Source: Elusimicrobiota bacterium
GTDB lineage: Bacteria > Elusimicrobiota > Elusimicrobia > Elusimicrobiales > UBA9959
Direction of reading: 5' to 3'
Assembly: GCA_019135865.1 (NCBI GenBank)
Contig: JAGVVD010000038.1
Coordinates: forward strand, 364 to 64,363
DNA: 64,000 nt
Below are positions 23,800 through 33,848 of the stretch, one piece after another. The notes below the pieces were generated by a model, which had not been told where the DNA came from, did not search any database, and saw only the letters and a list, made by a program, of their open reading frames with translations. A program made the position numbers and the translations under genes. The first letter of the stretch is position 1; each line of letters opens with the position of its first letter.

Positions 23800-25242
23800 A
23801 TGGACGCCCCCGAACATTCTTCCGCCTACCGTTTCCGCCGCGCCCTGAACTGGGTGCCCCTCGGTTTCGCCTACGCCTTCCTCTACATGGGCCGCTACAA
23901 CCTGACGGTCTCGAAAAGCGTGCTGGGCGACGCCCTTATGACGAAAGCCCAGTTCGGCGAGATCTTCGCCGTCGGCGCCTGGGTCTACGCTCTCTCGTTC
24001 CTGATAACCGGCCCGCTGACCGACAAGCTGGGCGGCCGCGTCGCGATGCTGGTCGGCACCGCGGGCGCGATGATCGCCAACTTCCTGATGGGCCTTACGC
24101 TCTACGGCATAACCTTCTGGGGCTGGAACGTCTCGATAGCTACCTCCTTCCTCTTCCTCTATGCGCTTAACATGCACTTCCAGAGCTACGGCGCGATATC
24201 GATAGTTACCGTCAAGGCGCCGTGGTTCCACGTGCGCGAGCGCGGCACCTTCTCCACGATATTCGGCGCGATGATCGCCTTCGGCCTCTACTTCGCCTTC
24301 GACTGGGGCTTCGCGCTGGCCGAGGCGACGCGCGCGGCCGCCGGCGCCGAGCCGTCGGTGATGGCGCGGGTCTTCGCGGCCGTCTTCGGCCTGGGCGGCA
24401 CCGGCGTGGACCAGAACTGGTGGATCTTCTTCGCGCCGGCGGCGATACTGGGCGCCTTCTGGCTGATCATGTTCTTCTTCCTGCGCAACAAGCCCTCCGA
24501 GGCCGGCTACCAGGACTTCGACACGGGCGAGGAGTCGGTCTCCGACACGGGCGAGCGGCTGCCTATAAAGAAGGTCTTCCTCAAGATAATCACGCATCCC
24601 GTGCTGCTGGTGGTCTGCGGCATAGAGTTCTGCAGCGGTATACTGCGCAACGGCATCATGCACTGGTACCCGCTGTTCGCGGGCGAAGTCGGCATCAGGA
24701 AGGACTTCTGGATCACCGACAACTGGGGCCTGATGCTGCTGCTGACCGGCCTGGCCGGCTCTTTCCTGACCGGCTGGTGCTCGGACAAGCTCTTCCAGTC
24801 CCGCCGCGGGCCGATGGCCGCGATACTTTACGGCGTGATGGGCTCCAGCGCGGGCGTGATGGCCCTGACGCTGGGCGCCAATGTCTGGTGGGCCGGCGCG
24901 GCGACGATGCTCATCTCCATGTCGGTGACCGGCGTGCACGGCATACTCTCGGGCACCTCGACCACCGACTTCGGCGGCGCCAGGAACGCCGGCGCGGCCA
25001 CCGGCATAGTGGACGGCATGGTCTATCTCGGCACCGGCTTCCAGTCGATAGTCATCGGCCATATCACGCCGGTCGGCGAACTGGCCAAGGACCCGGGCAA
25101 CTGGAAGATGTGGCCGGTGTTCCTGGTGCCCTTCGCGCTCATAGGTTTCTTCCTCTCGGTGAAGATCTGGCACGCGCTGCCCAAGAAGGCGAAGAAGCCG
25201 GCGGCGGTGCCGGCCGAGCCGGAATTCCAGCCCGGCAGCTGA
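23800..25242 (+). CDS. MFS transporter, organophosphate:Pi antiporter (GlpT/UhpC-like) family
   Basis: YMGRYNLTVSK..., 12-TM-like. The track start 23794 is TTG, and ATG 23800 is preferred. Confidence 0.8.
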   Translation: MDAPEHSSAYRFRRALNWVPLGFAYAFLYMGRYNLTVSKSVLGDALMTKAQFGEIFAVGAWVYALSFLITGPLTDKLGGRVAMLVGTAGAMIANFLMGLTLYGITFWGWNVSIATSFLFLYALNMHFQSYGAISIVTVKAPWFHVRERGTFSTIFGAMIAFGLYFAFDWGFALAEATRAAAGAEPSVMARVFAAVFGLGGTGVDQNWWIFFAPAAILGAFWLIMFFFLRNKPSEAGYQDFDTGEESVSDTGERLPIKKVFLKIITHPVLLVVCGIEFCSGILRNGIMHWYPLFAGEVGIRKDFWITDNWGLMLLLTGLAGSFLTGWCSDKLFQSRRGPMAAILYGVMGSSAGVMALTLGANVWWAGAATMLISMSVTGVHGILSGTSTTDFGGARNAGAATGIVDGMVYLGTGFQSIVIGHITPVGELAKDPGNWKMWPVFLVPFALIGFFLSVKIWHALPKKAKKPAAVPAEPEFQPGS

Positions 25243-25473
25243 ATGGACGCGCCGCAGAAGCATTCGAAGGACCCGCTGCACGGCGTGACGCTCGAGACCG
25301 TGGTCAAGAGCATAGTCCGGCGCCACGGCTGGCGGGAGATGGCGCGGCGCATCCCCGTCCGCTGCTTCATGTTCGACCCCACCGTGAAGTCCAGCCTCAC
25401 CTTCCTGCGCAAAACCCCGTGGGCGCGCAAGAAGGTGGAGGACTGGTACGTCGAAGACCTCCGCCGCGGATAA
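25243..25473 (+). CDS. VF530/DUF2132-like small DNA-binding protein
   Basis: DPLHGVTLETVVKSIVRRHGW...FMFDPTVKSSLTFLRKTPWARKKVEDWY. The ATG overlaps the MFS stop. Confidence 0.65.
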   Translation: MDAPQKHSKDPLHGVTLETVVKSIVRRHGWREMARRIPVRCFMFDPTVKSSLTFLRKTPWARKKVEDWYVEDLRRG

Positions 25474-25481
25474 AGCCCCGT

Positions 25482-26642
25482 ATGGAACTTTCGCAGGACC
25501 AGGAAAAGGCGCTCGCCGCGCTGCTGGGCTGGTATAAAGACCCGGCCCGCCGGCCTTTCGTCACCCTGGGCGGCTATGCCGGCACCGGCAAGACCACGCT
25601 GATCGCGGTCTTCAGGCGCGAGCTGGCCCGGCTCCAGAGGGGACTGAAGGTCTCTTTCTGCAGCTATACCGGCAAGGCCGCCCAGAACATGCGCAACCGG
25701 CTCAAAGAGTCCGGCGCCATGCTGCCGGGCGACACGGTCGGCACCATACACGGGCTCATCTACACGCCGCGCGAGACCTCCGACGGCCGCATCGCGGGCT
25801 GGGACCGCAAGGAGTCGCTGGAACGCCACCTCGTCATCGTCGACGAGGCGTCGATGGTGGATTCCGTCATCTGGCACGACCTGCTCTCTTACGGAGTGCC
25901 GATAGCGGCGGTCGGCGACCACGGCCAGCTGCCGCCCATAGAGGGGAAGTTCAACCTGATGCGCGCGCCGGAGATCATGCTGACGCATATCCACCGGCAG
26001 GCGCGCGGCAATCCCATCATCGAGGTCTCCGAGCTGGCCCGCTCGACGGGCATCGTCGAGCCGCGCCGCTACGGCCAGGGCGTGGTCAAGTTCCTTAAAG
26101 AGGACCCCGACGCGCAGGAAAAGTCGGGCGAACTGCTCGAGAGCTGGTCGCCGGAGACGATGATCCTCTGCGGCTATAATTCCACCCGCAACAAGCTCAA
26201 CCAGTTCATACGCGGCAACCGCGGCTTCGAGACGGCCGAACCGTCGAGCGGAGACCGCGTCATCTGCCTGCGCAACAACCGGAAGAAAGGGATATACAAC
26301 GGCATGCTGGGGACCTTGTCGCATATCGCCCGGCACGACAAGGACTGGTACGAGGCCGAGATAGACCTCGACGACCGCGACAAGCCCTATCACGGGCTGA
26401 TCTACGCGCCGCAGTTCGGCGCCAAGACCGGCGTCAATTTTACGGCGGACAGGAAACTGGCGATGCTGGGCGACCTTTTCGATTTCGGCTACGCGCTGAC
26501 CGTGCATAAGGCGCAGGGCGGCCAGGCCCGGCGGGTCGTGATGTTCGAGGAGCGGTTCCCGAAGATGGACGACGATACCTGGCGGCGCTGGCTCTACACC
26601 GGCGTCACCCGCGCGGAAGAGGAACTCTACCTTTTCGGTTAG
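25482..26642 (+). CDS. SF1 RecD/Dda-like DNA helicase
   Basis: Walker A GYAGTGKTT, Walker B LVIVDEASM, AVGDHGQLPP, and C-terminal ALTVHKAQGGQARRV. The 806-aa track ORF is a frame artefact upstream of this ATG. Confidence 0.85.
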   Translation: MELSQDQEKALAALLGWYKDPARRPFVTLGGYAGTGKTTLIAVFRRELARLQRGLKVSFCSYTGKAAQNMRNRLKESGAMLPGDTVGTIHGLIYTPRETSDGRIAGWDRKESLERHLVIVDEASMVDSVIWHDLLSYGVPIAAVGDHGQLPPIEGKFNLMRAPEIMLTHIHRQARGNPIIEVSELARSTGIVEPRRYGQGVVKFLKEDPDAQEKSGELLESWSPETMILCGYNSTRNKLNQFIRGNRGFETAEPSSGDRVICLRNNRKKGIYNGMLGTLSHIARHDKDWYEAEIDLDDRDKPYHGLIYAPQFGAKTGVNFTADRKLAMLGDLFDFGYALTVHKAQGGQARRVVMFEERFPKMDDDTWRRWLYTGVTRAEEELYLFG

Positions 26643-26650
26643 GAGGGACT

Positions 26651-26869
26651 ATGGACCTGGACCCGAGGGGCTACGAGGGCGAAACCGACCTCGACAAGAT
26701 AAAGGCGCAGCAGAAGCTGTCGGAAATAAGGAGCGTGCGCCGTTCCACCGGGGCCGTCCTGCTCCTGCTGGCCGGGCTCCTGCTCCTGGCCGTCTACCTG
26801 CTCGGTTCGCGGCGCGGTTCAATCATGTCCCAGTACGGCTACCCGTCCCCCAAGGCCGCCGACCGTTAG
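26651..26869 (+). CDS. small single-TM protein
   Basis: SD aggaggg and a TM segment AVLLLLAGLLLLAVYLL. Confidence 0.45.
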   Translation: MDLDPRGYEGETDLDKIKAQQKLSEIRSVRRSTGAVLLLLAGLLLLAVYLLGSRRGSIMSQYGYPSPKAADR

Positions 26870-26919
26870 AAACGGGAGGCGCCTTCGCGGCGCTTAATGT
26901 CTTATAACCGCTCTTAAAT

Positions 26920-28011
26920 ATGAAGGAAGACAAGGATATCGTTTTTTTCGACCCGGCCGCGGCTCCCGAGGAGTTGTGGACTGTCCATTACGACCATTTG
27001 GACGCCATAAGCCGCGAGCTGGACCCCGACGAGCCGTTGGTGCCCCGGGCCAAGCGCCGCGAGATGCTGCTCGCTTCGCTGGAACTCCGGTACACGAACA
27101 AGTACACCTGGTTCCTGATGGAGGGCGGCGCCGCCGCGGGTTATCTCTGGCTTTCAGTGGAGAACCCCAAGTCGCCGACCTACGGTACGAACAAAGCGTC
27201 GGCGCAGATGAAACTTTCGGTGGCGCCGGGAAACAGGCGCCGGGGACTGGGGAAAAGGCTCCTGGCTTTCGCCGCCGCCGAACTGGCCGCCCGCGAACCG
27301 CAGGTGAAAGAGGTCCTCTCGCCGGTCATGACCGGGGAAGGAAAACTTTTCATCGAGGCCGCGGGAGGCGCTCTTTCGCTGGAGCAGGCCGAGAACCGGC
27401 TTTACCTGTCGGAAGTCGATTGGGCCGCGGTGGAACGCTGGGCGGAGGAAGGAAAGCTCCGCAATCCCGGCACGAGCGTGCTGGCCGTGACCTCCATACC
27501 CGAAGAGGACATAGAGGAATACGCGCGCATTTACAGCGAGACCATGAATCAGCAGCCGCTGGGCGACATAAACCTGACCATAGCGGTGACGCCGGCGCAG
27601 ATACGGCTGGGCGAGAGGAAGCAGGAAGAACTCGGCGCCACCCACCTCACCATGTACTGCAAGGACCCCGACGGTTCCGTCGCGGGCCTTACCGAGACCC
27701 ATTACATGCCGGAATCTGGCCACTGCGTCCGGCAGTTCCTGACCGGCGTGCGCGAGCCCTGCCGCGGCAGGGGCCTGGGCAAACTGCTCAAGGCCCTGAT
27801 GCTGCTTCACATAAGGAAGAACTGGCCCGGGGTGAAATACGTGGCCACCAGCAACGCGGGTTCCAACGCGCCGATGATGGCGATAAACACGGCCCTGGGC
27901 TTTAAAAAACGGCGTCCGGTGCTGATATACAAACTGCGCCTGGACGGCGTCAGGGCCGGGGAAGGAAGCGCCGGTATTCCTCCGGCATCCCGCCCAGTCC
28001 GCGGAGGTTGA
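26920..28011 (+). CDS. tandem-GNAT N-acetyltransferase
   Basis: Two motif A copies: NRRRGLGKRLLAFA and CRGRGLGKLLKALM. Confidence 0.8.
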   Translation: MKEDKDIVFFDPAAAPEELWTVHYDHLDAISRELDPDEPLVPRAKRREMLLASLELRYTNKYTWFLMEGGAAAGYLWLSVENPKSPTYGTNKASAQMKLSVAPGNRRRGLGKRLLAFAAAELAAREPQVKEVLSPVMTGEGKLFIEAAGGALSLEQAENRLYLSEVDWAAVERWAEEGKLRNPGTSVLAVTSIPEEDIEEYARIYSETMNQQPLGDINLTIAVTPAQIRLGERKQEELGATHLTMYCKDPDGSVAGLTETHYMPESGHCVRQFLTGVREPCRGRGLGKLLKALMLLHIRKNWPGVKYVATSNAGSNAPMMAINTALGFKKRRPVLIYKLRLDGVRAGEGSAGIPPASRPVRGG

Positions 28012-28738
28012 TGAAACGCTCCGTCTCCGGGGGCGGCCAGGTCCGCGGACCGGAGCGCGCCGCGGAAACGTCATAGGGGGAGAAGTAGAATTTGCGCGTT
28101 CCCGGAGGGTTGTCCGCGCAATGGCCGGCCGGCCCGGCGAGGTAATAAACGCGCTTCTCCTTCTTTTCCGTCCACCCCCGCGCGAAAAGCCGGCCCCGGT
28201 TCCAGGGTTTGCGCTTCTCGGCTATCTCGTTCTCCCGCAGGGTTTCCGCCTCAAGCACGCTGCCGTCGTCCGCCGCCAGCAGTCCCGTCATATCCTCCCG
28301 CCAGCCGGACCGGGGTTCGGCCCAGGTGACGGCGTCGACCCGTTTCTGCCAGTAGTCGAGGGTGGCCGCGGTCAGGGAGGCCGGCCGGAAGCAGCCGGTC
28401 ACGCGCAGTTCCACGGCCCAGCCGCGCGTCACGGGGCCCGGCTGCACGAAAAAGAGAGTTCCCAGCGCCAGCGCCGCCGAGGAGCCCAGCAGCAGGCGCC
28501 ATTGCGTTCCGGCGGACAGGCCGGCCAGGCGGGAGACCAGCAGGAGCAGCAGCCCGAGGGCCGCGCCGCCGGGGCCGGTGATGAAAATGCCGACCAGCGG
28601 GCCCTGGTTGGCCTCCGGCACGAAAACTATCGGCCCGAAGAAGCCCGCCGCGAAACCCGCGGCCGCGGGCAGCAGCGCCCACAGCGATCTTGGAGGCTTT
28701 ATCCCTTCCCTCGCGCTGTCGGTATCCATGGTCCTCAA
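27950..28738 (-). CDS. membrane protein (3 N-terminal TM segments) with a soluble C-domain
   Basis: ORF with plausible composition. Its 3' end overlaps the convergent GNAT gene by 62 nt. Confidence 0.5.
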   Translation of the reverse strand: MRTMDTDSAREGIKPPRSLWALLPAAAGFAAGFFGPIVFVPEANQGPLVGIFITGPGGAALGLLLLLVSRLAGLSAGTQWRLLLGSSAALALGTLFFVQPGPVTRGWAVELRVTGCFRPASLTAATLDYWQKRVDAVTWAEPRSGWREDMTGLLAADDGSVLEAETLRENEIAEKRKPWNRGRLFARGWTEKKEKRVYYLAGPAGHCADNPPGTRKFYFSPYDVSAARSGPRTWPPPETERFINLRGLGGMPEEYRRFLPRP

Positions 28739-28876
28739 TGATACAATCTTTCGGGCCGGGGCGGGCTTCCCCGTCCGCCCGCCTAATGTTTTATAATCTT
28801 CCTGCGGGGCCGGTGATACCGCGGGGCGGAAGCGCGGCGGCGGTCCCCGACCCGGGTCCAGGGAGGTCCATTTCTT

Positions 28877-30199
28877 ATGAGGACGGAACTTTTACGCGCC
28901 GCATTGGCCCTGCCGTTGTGCTGCCTGGCGGCGGGCTGCGGCGGCAAGGCCGGGGAGGGTATGCCGAAGCCGGCCCGCCCCTCGCCTTACGCCGCGGCCG
29001 GAGAAGCCCTGCGCGTGGACGACGCCATGAACAAGAGCCTCCGGACCATGGTCCTGAAGCCCGCCTCCGCTCTGGCGGCGGACGGGGACTTCGGCCGCCT
29101 GCTGGAAAGGAATTCGACGGCATTGTCCCTCTTTTCGGCCGCTGCGGCCGACCCCGGGGACGGCTACATGTTCTCCCCGAAAAAAGAGAAGCCGGACCTG
29201 CCCGAACTCCTGCCGGTATACTGGCAAAGCCTTTCGGCCTTCCGGCTGCTGCTTATGCGCGCGAAACTGGCCTACGCCCAGGGACGCCTGGACGACGCGG
29301 AGCGCGACCTGCTGGCGGCCCTCGGTTATATGGCGCACCTGGCCGAGCAGTCCTCCGACCGGACCATGGCCTCTTTGTACCTGGTGCAGGCGATGAAGGA
29401 CGGCTACCCTTTCATAACCGAAACTCTCGGCGGCGGCGCGGCTTCGGAGCGCTACACGGAAGGAGCTGCCGCCGCTTTCGCCAGGATATGCGCGCGCCTG
29501 GACCGGATGCGCGCGGCCGTGCTGGAGGACGGCGAAGCCTTCAAGCTCACCGCGGAGGACGGGCTCTCCCCGGCTGGCATAAAAAGGGCCCTGAAAGGAC
29601 AACCGCTGCACAAGCGCCTCTTCCTCACGTTCCTGCAGAACGCGGATTACCGCAAGACCGTCAAGTCCCGCTTCTCGGAGATCATCGACGCGCGCGTGGA
29701 GGCCTGCATCGGCGCTTTCGGGACGAACGATCCCGCCGCGGCCGCCGAGCTCATACAGGCCCAGAGCGCGGAACTGGAGGCGGCGGCCGCCGCGGATTTC
29801 CCGTGGTCGCCGGGCGGGCTAAGGTCGCGCATGGCCGCCCGGTCGGTCCGCATGCTGGCCGAAAAAGCGATGGTCCATTACCCGGAGATGGTCGACCGCT
29901 ATCACTGGCTTTACGCCGCCGCGGGCACGATCAGGACCGGCCTGGCGATGAAAGCTTACCGTCGGGCCAACGGCGGCCGCCTTCCCGCGGATACGGCCGC
30001 GCTGGCGCCCGCTTTCGTCGACCGGCTGCCCGGCGACCCGTATAACGCTTTCGCCCCTTTCGTCCTCTCGAGGACGGCGGACGGTTTCTCCGTCGCCGGC
30101 CGCGGCGCCGTGCCGCCTTTCCTGGACCGTTCCGGCGGCGGCGCGGCCAGAAGCGGACGACGGCGTCCCGTGCGGAAGGCCGCGGGGGGGAACATATGA
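28877..30199 (+). CDS. putative lipoprotein, helical
   Basis: SD gggagg and lipobox LAAGC in MRTELLRAALALPLCCLAAGCGG. Confidence 0.6.
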   Translation: MRTELLRAALALPLCCLAAGCGGKAGEGMPKPARPSPYAAAGEALRVDDAMNKSLRTMVLKPASALAADGDFGRLLERNSTALSLFSAAAADPGDGYMFSPKKEKPDLPELLPVYWQSLSAFRLLLMRAKLAYAQGRLDDAERDLLAALGYMAHLAEQSSDRTMASLYLVQAMKDGYPFITETLGGGAASERYTEGAAAAFARICARLDRMRAAVLEDGEAFKLTAEDGLSPAGIKRALKGQPLHKRLFLTFLQNADYRKTVKSRFSEIIDARVEACIGAFGTNDPAAAAELIQAQSAELEAAAAADFPWSPGGLRSRMAARSVRMLAEKAMVHYPEMVDRYHWLYAAAGTIRTGLAMKAYRRANGGRLPADTAALAPAFVDRLPGDPYNAFAPFVLSRTADGFSVAGRGAVPPFLDRSGGGAARSGRRRPVRKAAGGNI

Positions 30200-30250
30200 A
30201 CGGGACCGCTCCGGCGGAAGGGGCCGGGCGGGCGCGGCCGGGAGGCGCGG

Positions 30251-30763
30251 ATGCTTAAAGCGGTTAAAGGCGACATAACGGGCCTGAAGGTCGACGCGAT
30301 AGTCAACGCCGCCAATACCTCCCTGCTGGGCGGCGGCGGCGTCGACGGGGCCATACACCGGGCCGCGGGCCCCGGTCTGCTGGAGGAATGCCGCGGGCTG
30401 GGCGGCTGCCGCACCGGCGAGGCGAAGTTCACCGGCGGCTATGACTTGCCGGCGAAGTATGTCATCCACACGCCCGGCCCCGTCTGGCACGGCGGCGGAA
30501 GAGGCGAGCCGGAACTGCTGGCCGCCTGCTACCGCAATTCGCTGCGGCTGGCCGCCGGCACAGGCGCGCGCTCGATAGCTTTTCCGTGCATCAGCACCGG
30601 GGTTTACGGCTACCCGGCGCGCGCGGCCGCGGAGACGGCGGTGCGGGTCTGCCGGGAGTTCCTGTCCGCCGGCGCGGATATGGAGATAGTCTTCTGCTGC
30701 TTTTCTTCTTCCGACCTGACGATATACGAGGGACTGCTCGGTGTTGACCGGGAGCGCCGATAA
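30251..30763 (+). CDS. ymdB: macro domain protein, O-acetyl-ADP-ribose deacetylase
   Basis: [34 protein letters not shown]. Confidence 0.85.
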   Translation: MLKAVKGDITGLKVDAIVNAANTSLLGGGGVDGAIHRAAGPGLLEECRGLGGCRTGEAKFTGGYDLPAKYVIHTPGPVWHGGGRGEPELLAACYRNSLRLAAGTGARSIAFPCISTGVYGYPARAAAETAVRVCREFLSAGADMEIVFCCFSSSDLTIYEGLLGVDRERR

Positions 30764-30801
30764 ACGGGAAAATGTAAGGCATAGACTCAACGGAGGTTGA
30801 C

Positions 30802-31305
30802 ATGGGAACAAGAGCAAGGGAGATAGTCGGACTAGACGTGGACGAGCTGCTCAAGAAGCTCAACAGCGCTTTCGCCAGCGAATGGCTGGCCTATTACCAG
30901 TACTGGCTGGGCGCCAAGGTCATCAAGGGGCCGATGAAGGACGCGGTGGCCTCCGAGCTCAACCTGCACGCGACCGAGGAGCTCAATCACGCCGTGATGC
31001 TGGCCGGCCGCATCATACAGCTGGGCGGCACGCCGGTGCTTACCCCCGAGGGCTGGGCCAAGGAATCGCCGTGCAAATACGACGCGCCGGCCGATCCCTA
31101 CGTGGCCGTCCTGCTGGACCAGAACATAGCCGGCGAGCAGTGCGCCATAAGCGCGTACAAGGCGCTGATGGACATGACCAAGGACAAGGACATGGTCACC
31201 TACAACATGGCCCTGACGATACTGGAGCAGGAAGTGGAGCACGAAGAAGACCTGCAGAGCCTGCGCGAGGACCTGGACCTGATGGTCCGCCGCGGCAGCA
31301 AGTAG
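30802..31305 (+). CDS. ferritin-like (DPS-like/bacterioferritin-related) protein
   Basis: Di-iron ligand pattern EWLAYYQY...ATEELNHA...ILEQEVEHEEDL. Confidence 0.8.
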   Translation: MGTRAREIVGLDVDELLKKLNSAFASEWLAYYQYWLGAKVIKGPMKDAVASELNLHATEELNHAVMLAGRIIQLGGTPVLTPEGWAKESPCKYDAPADPYVAVLLDQNIAGEQCAISAYKALMDMTKDKDMVTYNMALTILEQEVEHEEDLQSLREDLDLMVRRGSK

Positions 31306-31321
31306 GCCAGGGCGGCGGTTG

Positions 31322-32344
31322 TTACCTGGAAAGGCGCAGGTAGAGAGCTTCGGCCCTGGCGGAGGCTTCCCCGCCCGGGCTGAAGAAGGCCGTCCGGCCG
31401 GACGGCTCCTTGTATTTAACGCGGCAGGAAGAACCCAGAAGCCGCCGCGTGGCGGAGTACACCATCATTTCCGCCGCGTCCTCGGCCCAGTTCTGCGAGC
31501 CGTAAAGGGAGACGAAGGGGGAGGCCGAAAGCGCGTCGTAAACCGCGGCGGCCTCCGCGGCTTTCAGCTTCGGGCCGCCTCCCATCCCGTAGAAAGCGAG
31601 CTTTTTCCTGGCGGCGAAGTCGTGCTCCGGCAGCGGCGTGCGGTAGCCGCGCCAGACTTCCCAGCGCGGTTCGGGCCACGGGGGAGCGCCCGCCAGGAGT
31701 TCGTACCATTCCGGCTCGACATAGGGGGTTATGCCCGCGGTGTAGTCGTAGGCGTGGGTGATCTCGTGCGTCAGCGCGTAGAATATTCCCGCCGGTTCCC
31801 GGCCGCCGCATTCCACCGAGACCCCGCCGCCCATGAAGGCCGAAGCCTCGCGGCCGGTAAGCGTCCCGGAGAGGGTGCGGGAAAAGCCTTCGGTATTGAG
31901 GACCACCCAGGCGTAACGCTCTCCCGGCCCGCTTCCGAGGACCAGGTTGCTGAGGCCGTTGCCGAGGAAATTCTCCACCAGGTATATCCCGATCAACCGA
32001 CGCCGAAGGACGCCCTCCATCCCGGCCGGGAGCAGCTGCAGCCAGCCGGCGATCATTTTTCTCTCCGACGCCGTCGGGGTATAGGGCAGGTAATCGGCGC
32101 GGCCGTCGTTCGTCCGGAGCCAGTCCAGCAGGAAGGGGGGCGGCGGCCCTACGCGGCTCTCCATCGTCGAGGACGGGTCGAAATCGTAGTTTTTCGCGTG
32201 CAGCACCGGCTGCGCCAGCAGCCCCGCGCGCTGTTCCGGGGTCATGGGCACGGGAACGGCCGGGGTTCGCCAGGCACGGTAACCCGCCCAGGCCAGCGCC
32301 GCGGCGAGGAGGAGTCCGGATAGGAGCGCGGTCTTTTTCTTCAT
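31322..32344 (-). CDS. secreted putative zinc metalloprotease (HExxH)
   Basis: N-terminal signal/anchor MKKKTALLSGLLLAAALAWA and ALTHEITHAYDY. Confidence 0.6.
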   Translation of the reverse strand: MKKKTALLSGLLLAAALAWAGYRAWRTPAVPVPMTPEQRAGLLAQPVLHAKNYDFDPSSTMESRVGPPPPFLLDWLRTNDGRADYLPYTPTASERKMIAGWLQLLPAGMEGVLRRRLIGIYLVENFLGNGLSNLVLGSGPGERYAWVVLNTEGFSRTLSGTLTGREASAFMGGGVSVECGGREPAGIFYALTHEITHAYDYTAGITPYVEPEWYELLAGAPPWPEPRWEVWRGYRTPLPEHDFAARKKLAFYGMGGGPKLKAAEAAAVYDALSASPFVSLYGSQNWAEDAAEMMVYSATRRLLGSSCRVKYKEPSGRTAFFSPGGEASARAEALYLRLSR

Positions 32345-32376
32345 GATGTCCGGCCGCCGCCGGGAACAGGATTATA

Positions 32377-32412
32377 GAAAAAAAAGGCCCGCCCCCGGAC
32401 GGGGACGGGCTT
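32377..32412 (-). terminator. terminator of 32430..33848, followed on the minus strand by TATAAT for the next gene
   Basis: Minus strand reads gcccgtcccc-gtcc-gggggcgggc followed by ctttttttt ctataat. Confidence 0.5.
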
Positions 32413-32429
32413 CGCGGCGCGCCGCGGGT

Positions 32430-33848
32430 TCAGGGGGCGGAGGGATTGTCCTCGTCGCCGTTGACGTGGGTGAGCGCGGTCATGTCGCCCTCGGCGGCGT
32501 GTATGCGGTTGATGATGGTCTGCCAGGAGGGGCGGTTGCCCATCGTCACGCTGGTCAGGAAGGCCGTGTCGGCCTTCGCGCCCACGTCGAAAGCGGCGCC
32601 TATGCCGGTGGTGATGATATCCAGGTTCTTCGTGCCTTTGGGGTCCCCGGCGCCGCGCTTGAGGCGGAAATAGCTGCCGTTGTAGTAGGCGTAGGTGGAG
32701 CAGCCCTGGAAGACGAAGATCTGGTACTTGTCCTTAGGCAGCGCCAGCGGAGCGCCGGAATCGGCGGCGAGACGCTCCGGGTCCAGGTAGCCGCCCAGGC
32801 CGGAATGGCCGTCGTAGAGGAAAATATCGGAGCCGCGCATGGCCTCCGCGGCCGCGGAGGCGAACTCGGCGCTGTCGGGGTCCATCAGGCGCATGTCGAT
32901 GACGGTGCGGGAGGAGCCGCGGCGGAAGTAGAGGGCCTTGCGGCGGCTCTCGTCGGCCGAGACCTCGAAGCCGGCGGCCCTGAGCCCCTCGAAGGCGTCG
33001 CGGAAGGTGCGGCGGCCGAGGTCGCCGCTGTGGAAACTCTCGTCTATGCCCACCAGGTAGGTGACCTTGAGTTCGGGACCGTTGCCGTTGTCGCCGTAAA
33101 GCCTGTCGTACTCCGGGTAGGTGCCGCGCGTCATCGGCAGCGGTTCCAGGTCGGTCTCCACCAGGATCAGTTCGTCCTCCGTGATGGGACAGCCTTCCTG
33201 GTAGGGGTTCCAGAAGTACCAGAAGTCGCCTTCGCTGTTGTAATGCTCGTCGGTGCAGAGGTTCTTCCTGGCGCCGGGATGGGGGAAGCCGCTGGAGTAG
33301 ATCGTGGACGGGTCCACGGGGAGGGCGAAACGGATCTTTTGTGGACCGCCGCCGGAGAAAAGTCCGGAGGCGAAGACCGCGATATCGTCGTAGGAATAGC
33401 TTATCCAGGCATAGTCCTCGTTGGGGACTTTCTGCGCCTCCAGCAGGCGCAGCTTGAAGTCGCCCGACGGTATGCCGGGATTCTCGGTGAAGCCGGGATG
33501 CATGGTGAAGGCGCCGTACATGTGCTGCAACTGCAGGTGAACCAGTTCCTCTATCTTCTCGCGCTGGCGGCGGTCCTCCAGGATGCGCGAGACCGCTCCG
33601 GTGTAGCTCCCGGGTACGCGGTAGAGCATATAGGTGCCGAAGCGCAGCCGCGCCTGGCGGGAATCGGCGCCGTACCAGCGGTCGCCGCCTTTTTGCGCGG
33701 CGCCGGGCAGCGCGAGAGCCGAGGCCGCCGGCGGGACGAAGGTGCGTCCGGACAGCGCGCCGGCGCTCACGGCGAGGTCGCCGAAACCTGCGGAGAATGA
33801 AGCGGAGGGGAGCAGCAATACGAAAAGGGATATGGCTTTGTTCATCAC
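32430..33848 (-). CDS. secreted protein with a caspase/gingipain-like (clan CD-like) His...Cys dyad pattern
   Basis: Signal MMNKAISLFVLLLPSASFSA. DIFLYDGHSGLGG is followed about 30 aa later by YQIFVFQGCSTYAYY. Confidence 0.55.
   Translation of the reverse strand: MMNKAISLFVLLLPSASFSAGFGDLAVSAGALSGRTFVPPAASALALPGAAQKGGDRWYGADSRQARLRFGTYMLYRVPGSYTGAVSRILEDRRQREKIEELVHLQLQHMYGAFTMHPGFTENPGIPSGDFKLRLLEAQKVPNEDYAWISYSYDDIAVFASGLFSGGGPQKIRFALPVDPSTIYSSGFPHPGARKNLCTDEHYNSEGDFWYFWNPYQEGCPITEDELILVETDLEPLPMTRGTYPEYDRLYGDNGNGPELKVTYLVGIDESFHSGDLGRRTFRDAFEGLRAAGFEVSADESRRKALYFRRGSSRTVIDMRLMDPDSAEFASAAAEAMRGSDIFLYDGHSGLGGYLDPERLAADSGAPLALPKDKYQIFVFQGCSTYAYYNGSYFRLKRGAGDPKGTKNLDIITTGIGAAFDVGAKADTAFLTSVTMGNRPSWQTIINRIHAAEGDMTALTHVNGDEDNPSAP

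Noticed and set aside
24222-25481. N-terminal 420 residues of the 806-aa track ORF 24222..26642
   Set aside because: This part overlaps the MFS transporter and the VF530-like gene in another frame and is Arg/Gly-rich nonsense. The helicase motifs begin right after ATG 25482.
27950-28011. 62-nt overlap of the 3' ends of convergent genes 26920..28011 and 27950..28738, as a possible frameshift or pseudogene signal
   Set aside because: Both ORFs read through with plausible sequence, and neither shows a broken domain. Modest convergent overlaps happen in stop-poor high-GC DNA, and I cannot tell which C-terminus is over-extended.
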